Positions 59,315-64,000 of a stretch of DNA of 64,000 nucleotides are shown piece after piece. This DNA is from an uncultured delta proteobacterium (GTDB taxonomy: Bacteria; Desulfobacterota; Binatia; Binatales; Binataceae), in assembly GCA_963796565.1 (NCBI GenBank), contig CAWCMA010000011.1, positions 198,039-262,038 of the forward strand, in the 5' to 3' direction. Numbering within the stretch: position 1 is the first letter of the stretch; each line of letters begins with the position of its first letter. The notes below the pieces were generated by a model. It was not told the origin of the DNA. It made no database searches and saw nothing but the letters and a program-made list of their open reading frames with translations. Position numbers and translations under genes: made by a program.

Positions 59315-60880
59315 ATGCCTACGTCCCTAGACCATCAGCGCAAGATCGCTATCACCTTTGGCCCGGTTCGAAAGCACTTTCCGGCCTCGCACGGCCTGAA
59401 GCCGGTTGCTGCAGCGGGGATCGCCTTGGCGGTCCTTGCAGCGTTCTCTTGCACCGTTGTGGGCCCCCTTAGCGGCCTCACCATCGCGTTGACCGGTATC
59501 GTCGGTGCGATCTTCCTGGCGTGGAGCGCTACCTACACAACACGCCATCACGAATGGCTGCTCTTCGCGCTGCTGATGATCGAGGTGTTAACCTCGGCTG
59601 CCGCTATGCCGACCAGCGTCAATACCGCGGCGCGGTATGGTCTCGAGGCGCTGTTCTGCCTACCGATTGTTCCAGCCTTCGTGCGTTCCGGGGTTTGGCG
59701 CAAGGGCGGATTTCGACTTTTCCTGATGTACATGGCGTGGGCGCTGATAACGGTGAGTTATTCGCTCGCACCGATGTTTTCTCTTGGCCGAATCGTGAAT
59801 ACCCTGACTTTGTTCTCAGCGGTGAGTCTGTGCGCTTCAGAGATACATGACCGGCGTGACTTGCATCGGTTTGTGAGACCGTGCGTGCTCGCCTGTTCGC
59901 TGTTGGTCGCGCTACTGGCACTCTCGGTTGCAGTTTTGCCCTCTAGTCAGGTATGGGCGAGCGACATAATACTCAATGCGGCCGGCCGCGTGATCTGGAA
60001 CGGATCGGGAGGGATGTTGCGCTTTGAGGGCTTTCTTCGTACGCCCAACGAGCTTGGCGGGGCGATGTTAACCACGGTGGCGTTCGCGCTGGTCTACTGG
60101 AGCGCGGCCTCGCGCCGCGAGAAGCTGCTGCTGGCTTCGCTAATCTTGTTCGCGAGTGGCTTTACGGCACTAGCCGACTCGCGAACTTCGCTGGCCGCTG
60201 TTTTGGTCGGCGTCGCTGCATACATTGTCTGGAAGTACCGGGTTCGCGGCCTGCTGGCGTGCGCGGGCGCGACGATGCTGATGCTGGTGGTTCTGACTAT
60301 CGCGGGACATGGCGCGAAAGCGTACGTGAACCGTGGCGACGTCACCACTTTTACTGGACGTTCGGAGGTCTGGTCCTACACAGTCAATCAAATCAAGCAT
60401 CGTCCCCTTTTCGGCTATGGCTATGAAGTTGAGGGTGCGATTCTCGACCAGAGATTTCCGCTATGGTATGGACCGTGGGACGACGGCCCGCATAGCTCTC
60501 TACACGAGAACTATCTTGCGCGTGCGGTTGGAGTGGGTATACCCGCAACACTACTATGGCTATTCATCATGTTGCGCCCCTGGATGACTCTGTTTCGCGA
60601 GAAGAGCGGCGACGCGCTCGGCCTTAAGCGGCTTGGCCTCTTCGCCGCGCTACCGGTGTTCGTGCTCAACTTCGCCGAGAGTTCCGCTGCGGATTGCCGC
60701 TCCGCCGTCGGGATCTTGATGATCTTCGCTTGGGCAGTGGCGGAAATGCACAGGCTATCGAAAGCCGCGCCCGAGCCCGGCGCGGTGCGTGAACTGCTTC
60801 AGTCCGACGGCCGCTCCAAAGTGCGATCTGGATCGGTGCTTGTCTTCGACCGTGGCTCTCCGTTGCCCAGGGCTGGTTGA
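59315..60880 (+). CDS. O-antigen ligase/Wzy polymerase family membrane protein
   Basis: Many TM segments; PNELG, DSRTS, TFTGR..VW, HRPLFGYG, LHENYL. Confidence 0.85.
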   Translation: MPTSLDHQRKIAITFGPVRKHFPASHGLKPVAAAGIALAVLAAFSCTVVGPLSGLTIALTGIVGAIFLAWSATYTTRHHEWLLFALLMIEVLTSAAAMPTSVNTAARYGLEALFCLPIVPAFVRSGVWRKGGFRLFLMYMAWALITVSYSLAPMFSLGRIVNTLTLFSAVSLCASEIHDRRDLHRFVRPCVLACSLLVALLALSVAVLPSSQVWASDIILNAAGRVIWNGSGGMLRFEGFLRTPNELGGAMLTTVAFALVYWSAASRREKLLLASLILFASGFTALADSRTSLAAVLVGVAAYIVWKYRVRGLLACAGATMLMLVVLTIAGHGAKAYVNRGDVTTFTGRSEVWSYTVNQIKHRPLFGYGYEVEGAILDQRFPLWYGPWDDGPHSSLHENYLARAVGVGIPATLLWLFIMLRPWMTLFREKSGDALGLKRLGLFAALPVFVLNFAESSAADCRSAVGILMIFAWAVAEMHRLSKAAPEPGAVRELLQSDGRSKVRSGSVLVFDRGSPLPRAG

Positions 60881-61125
60881 ATCTGACCACATATGGCCGC
60901 GAAGCGATCGTGCCTTGGCCGTATGTTTCTTATCGGCTGTGGGCCGCATCTTGTGGCACAGGATTTTCTGAGCCGCCGCCGAATTGCGTTTCGCAATAGA
61001 GCATCTTTTCACTAGCCAAATCGTACAAGCCACTTTAATGCTGTCGTCAACTTTGCCATCTTAAACGGTGACCGCGTACGATTTCAGCGTAGCGCCGAAC
61101 GGCGAGCGTGTGGGAGGCCTGTCTG

Positions 61126-62802
61126 ATGCCTCGGATCACTCGAAGAGAACTCTTGACGACCGGACTACTGGCCGGAGGCTCGATTTTCGCAGGCGATCTG
61201 GCGTCGCGACTGTTGAATCTAGCCGGGCCGGCGGTTTCTGAGTATTACCGCGAAGGCGCGTTATATGCTGGCGAATCACCAATGCCGCAGCCGACTGGAC
61301 AGTCAAGGGCTCGGCTGAATCCGAAGCTGCTTACGCCTTTTGTCGATCGCTTGACGGTTCTGCCGACCAAACGGCCAGACGGCACTCGTCCGAGCCCTCT
61401 GAACACAGATGTACAGGTGCCTTACTATCGAGTTGTGATGCGTCAAATCGCAGCGAAGGTCCATCGGAATTTGCCTCCCACCACGGTGTGGGCGTATGAC
61501 GGGAGTTCTCCGGGACCTATAATTGAGGCGCGCTCGGGGCGGCCTTTGATGGTCGAATGGGTGAATGATCTTCCGCGAACGCACCTGCTTCCAATCGACC
61601 ACAATTTGTGCGGCGCGGAGCGTGGAACGCCGGACGTTCGGACGGTGGTTCATCTGCATGGCGCGCGGGTTACCGCCGAAAACGACGGTTATCCCGAGCA
61701 ATGGTACGTACCGGGCAAATCGGTGGTTTACTTCTATCCAAACCAGCAGGACGCGACGACGCTTTGGTATCACGACCACGCGATGGGCATCACGCGGCTG
61801 AACATCTTTGCCGGCCTGTTCGGTCTCTACGTCATTCGCGATCCCGTCGAAGATCGACTGAACTTGCCGCGCGGCAAAAACGAAATCGCGCTCACGATTT
61901 GCGATCGTGACTTCGATACTCAGGGGCAGCTCAACTATCCGGTTTCGCCCGATCCGGCAGCGCCGTGGGTTTCCGAGTTCGTCGGCAATGCGATCCTGGT
62001 AAACGGAACGCTCTTTCCCTTTTTTGAAGTCGAACCGCGGCGCTATCGATTGCGTCTGACCAACGTCTCGAATGGACGCACGTTCCATCTGATCTTCCCT
62101 GACGCGAAGATGTGTCACCTTATCGGCTCCGATCAGGGATTGCTCAACAGGCCGGTTGCGGCCCCCGAAATTGTACTCGCGCCGGCCGAACGCGCCGACC
62201 TAATCGTCGATTTCAGCGGTAGTGGTGGCAAACAACTGGTCATCCGCAATGACGCTGATGCGATCATCCAATTTCGTGTGTCGACCAAGCCGGTCAAGGA
62301 TCGCAGTGAGTTGCCCGCAACGTTAAGGCCGCTCGTTCGATTGCCGGAATCGCGAGCCGTCAAGACTCGCGTCCTGACTCTTGATGACCAAGAGGATAGT
62401 AATGGGAATCCGAAAATAATGATGCTCAACGGCAGCCGGTGGCGTATGCCGGTGACAGAGAACCCGGTGCTGGGCACCACCGAAATCTGGTCGTTCGTCA
62501 ATCGAACCGACGATGTTCATCCCATTCATCTGCATGCGATAAAGTTCCAGTTGCTTGATCGGCGAGTATTCGATCCGGTCGCATTCATGAAGTCGCGGAC
62601 TCTGAGCTACAACGGTCCGACGGTTCCTCCCGATCCAGCCGAAGCCGGATGGAAGGATACCGTACGTGCGTTCCCTAATATGGTCACCCGGATCATCGTG
62701 CCGTTCGACGGCTACGTCGGGCGCTACGTATGGCATTGTCATATTCTCGAGCACGAAGACAATGAGATGATGCGTCCGTATGAGATCGTGGCAGCTAAGT
62801 AG
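61126..62802 (+). CDS. Tat-exported three-domain multicopper oxidase (CotA/bilirubin oxidase/PhsA-like)
   Basis: Twin-Arg ITRRELL; HLHG, WYHDH, HPIHLH, HCHILEHEDNEMM (Met axial ligand); RBS GGGAGG before ATG 61126. Confidence 0.92.
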   Translation: MPRITRRELLTTGLLAGGSIFAGDLASRLLNLAGPAVSEYYREGALYAGESPMPQPTGQSRARLNPKLLTPFVDRLTVLPTKRPDGTRPSPLNTDVQVPYYRVVMRQIAAKVHRNLPPTTVWAYDGSSPGPIIEARSGRPLMVEWVNDLPRTHLLPIDHNLCGAERGTPDVRTVVHLHGARVTAENDGYPEQWYVPGKSVVYFYPNQQDATTLWYHDHAMGITRLNIFAGLFGLYVIRDPVEDRLNLPRGKNEIALTICDRDFDTQGQLNYPVSPDPAAPWVSEFVGNAILVNGTLFPFFEVEPRRYRLRLTNVSNGRTFHLIFPDAKMCHLIGSDQGLLNRPVAAPEIVLAPAERADLIVDFSGSGGKQLVIRNDADAIIQFRVSTKPVKDRSELPATLRPLVRLPESRAVKTRVLTLDDQEDSNGNPKIMMLNGSRWRMPVTENPVLGTTEIWSFVNRTDDVHPIHLHAIKFQLLDRRVFDPVAFMKSRTLSYNGPTVPPDPAEAGWKDTVRAFPNMVTRIIVPFDGYVGRYVWHCHILEHEDNEMMRPYEIVAAK

Positions 62803-63025
62803 ACTTCACGAATTCTTCGAAGCCTCGTTCGGCAACAGGCGCACGGCGGGAGCTGCATTATAGTAAAGCGCAGCCTCCTCGACTTCTGTGCGTCATGATT
62901 GCTTGGCGCCGCGGCTGTGCTGGCGCAGACAGTGTGTTCGCCGACTGCCAGTCAGCGGATTCACTGATCCTGACTTAAGGCTCGGGTGGAGACCCGTCGG
63001 CCATTGGCTATGAGGGCGAACTTGG

Positions 63026-64000
63026 CTAAGAAGCCGGTCGGTCCTGCAATGGCGGCTCCGCTCGGCCGCCCGGTTTGCCCGCAGCGCAGGACGGCATTCC
63101 CTCTCGGCCGAGCGCTTCCTCGATATGCGCGCACACCGTCGCGAAGTGATCGTCCCACTTCCGCCCGAGTGAGCGCTTGAGTCCGCGCATCTCGGAGCGC
63201 AGGCGATCGGCGGATTTGTCCGCTTCCAGCACCGCGTTACGGATACTCTCCGGAGAATTGTCAACGTACAGTGCCCCAGCACTGAAATAGTTCTTGAGCA
63301 CAGGCCAGTCCGAGGTGATTAGTGGCTTTTCGACCGCCACCGCCTCGTAGGCACCGCACAGCAAGGTAAGGTCGCGCTTCACCAGCACCATCACTGCGTC
63401 CGCGCGATGGAGCAGAGAGACATAGTCCGAGCGCGGAACGAAACCGGTGAACGTAACGTTGCGTGGGGCGGCCGCCAGGATCGGAGCCATTTGTTTCGGA
63501 GCGCGTCCGGTGACGAAAAAACGGTACTCCGGCAGGGTCTTGGCGGCGGCGAGCACGGCCTCGAGGGGTTCGTCCTGGGCAAACGAACTTACTACTACGA
63601 CCTTGAAGCGGTCGTCGCTCGGAACGGGAAGATCGGGCACACGATCCTCGAGCACCATCGCCGGAGCGCCCCACGATTGGACCATCTGGCGCAGCGGCTC
63701 GTTGGTAACGATCGTGCCCGCTGCGCGGCGCGACAGAAAGCGATGGACGGAAAGAAAATACTTCCATTTCCCATCAAACGCGCCAGTATGCGAATCAATT
63801 ACAAGTTGAGCGTCAAGCATCCGAGCGGCCGCATATGCAATTAGCGGCAGGACGATGGGCGGATTGCTCACTACGATAAGTTCGGGACGCTCCCGCCACA
63901 GCACCGCCAATGTATCCAGCGATTGCAGCAGATATCGCAGTGGCACGAATATTCGCGGTGCGCCCTTCATTCGCTCGATATAAAAGTCGCGGGCGCCGAG
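63026..64000 (-). CDS. Glycosyltransferase (GT4-like), 5' end outside the window
   Basis: NPPIVLP, IDSHTGAF, SSFAQDEP, FTGFVP, GAYEAVAVEKPLITSD; frame open to the window edge. Confidence 0.82.
   Translation of the reverse strand, partial: LGARDFYIERMKGAPRIFVPLRYLLQSLDTLAVLWRERPELIVVSNPPIVLPLIAYAAARMLDAQLVIDSHTGAFDGKWKYFLSVHRFLSRRAAGTIVTNEPLRQMVQSWGAPAMVLEDRVPDLPVPSDDRFKVVVVSSFAQDEPLEAVLAAAKTLPEYRFFVTGRAPKQMAPILAAAPRNVTFTGFVPRSDYVSLLHRADAVMVLVKRDLTLLCGAYEAVAVEKPLITSDWPVLKNYFSAGALYVDNSPESIRNAVLEADKSADRLRSEMRGLKRSLGRKWDDHFATVCAHIEEALGREGMPSCAAGKPGGRAEPPLQDRPAS

Overview
High-GC bacterial window. Its many acyl-CoA dehydrogenases, LLM oxidoreductases, MaoC proteins and amidohydrolases suggest a soil heterotroph such as Binatia/Binataceae, but that is inference only. 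Five blocks are visible. (1) 1-4.9 kb: 3' part of ligA, acylphosphatase and a 2-oxoacid:ferredoxin oxidoreductase alpha/beta pair with a terminator. (2) 5-31 kb: acyl-CoA/flavin catabolic genes interleaved with a trehalose/alpha-glucan locus (treY-treZ on minus; glgE-treS/maltokinase-glgB on plus). (3) 31.3-41.5 kb, minus strand: a self-contained group 3b [NiFe]-hydrogenase operon (hypA, hypB, beta, gamma, delta, alpha, [maturation protease-HypF fusion], hypC, hypD, hypE). (4) 41.6-44.2 kb: an FAD oxidoreductase and an LssY-C domain protein. (5) 44.4-64 kb: a more AT-rich exopolysaccharide locus. It has two paralogous exported beta-helix proteins transcribed divergently from OPX/Wza, a co-polymerase, an ExeA-type ATPase with a LysM tail and a BY-kinase homolog lacking its catalytic Lys. 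These are followed by 3-acetamido-sugar enzymes, a priming transferase, a truncated NDP-sugar dehydrogenase-like protein, an Xis-like/RHH regulator pair, a Wzy/WaaL protein, a Tat-exported multicopper oxidase and a partial GT4. The most unusual items are the protease-HypF fusion and the architecture of the EPS export module. No rRNA, tRNA, CRISPR array, integrase or transposase was recognised. All assignments come from motifs read by eye; no database searches were run.
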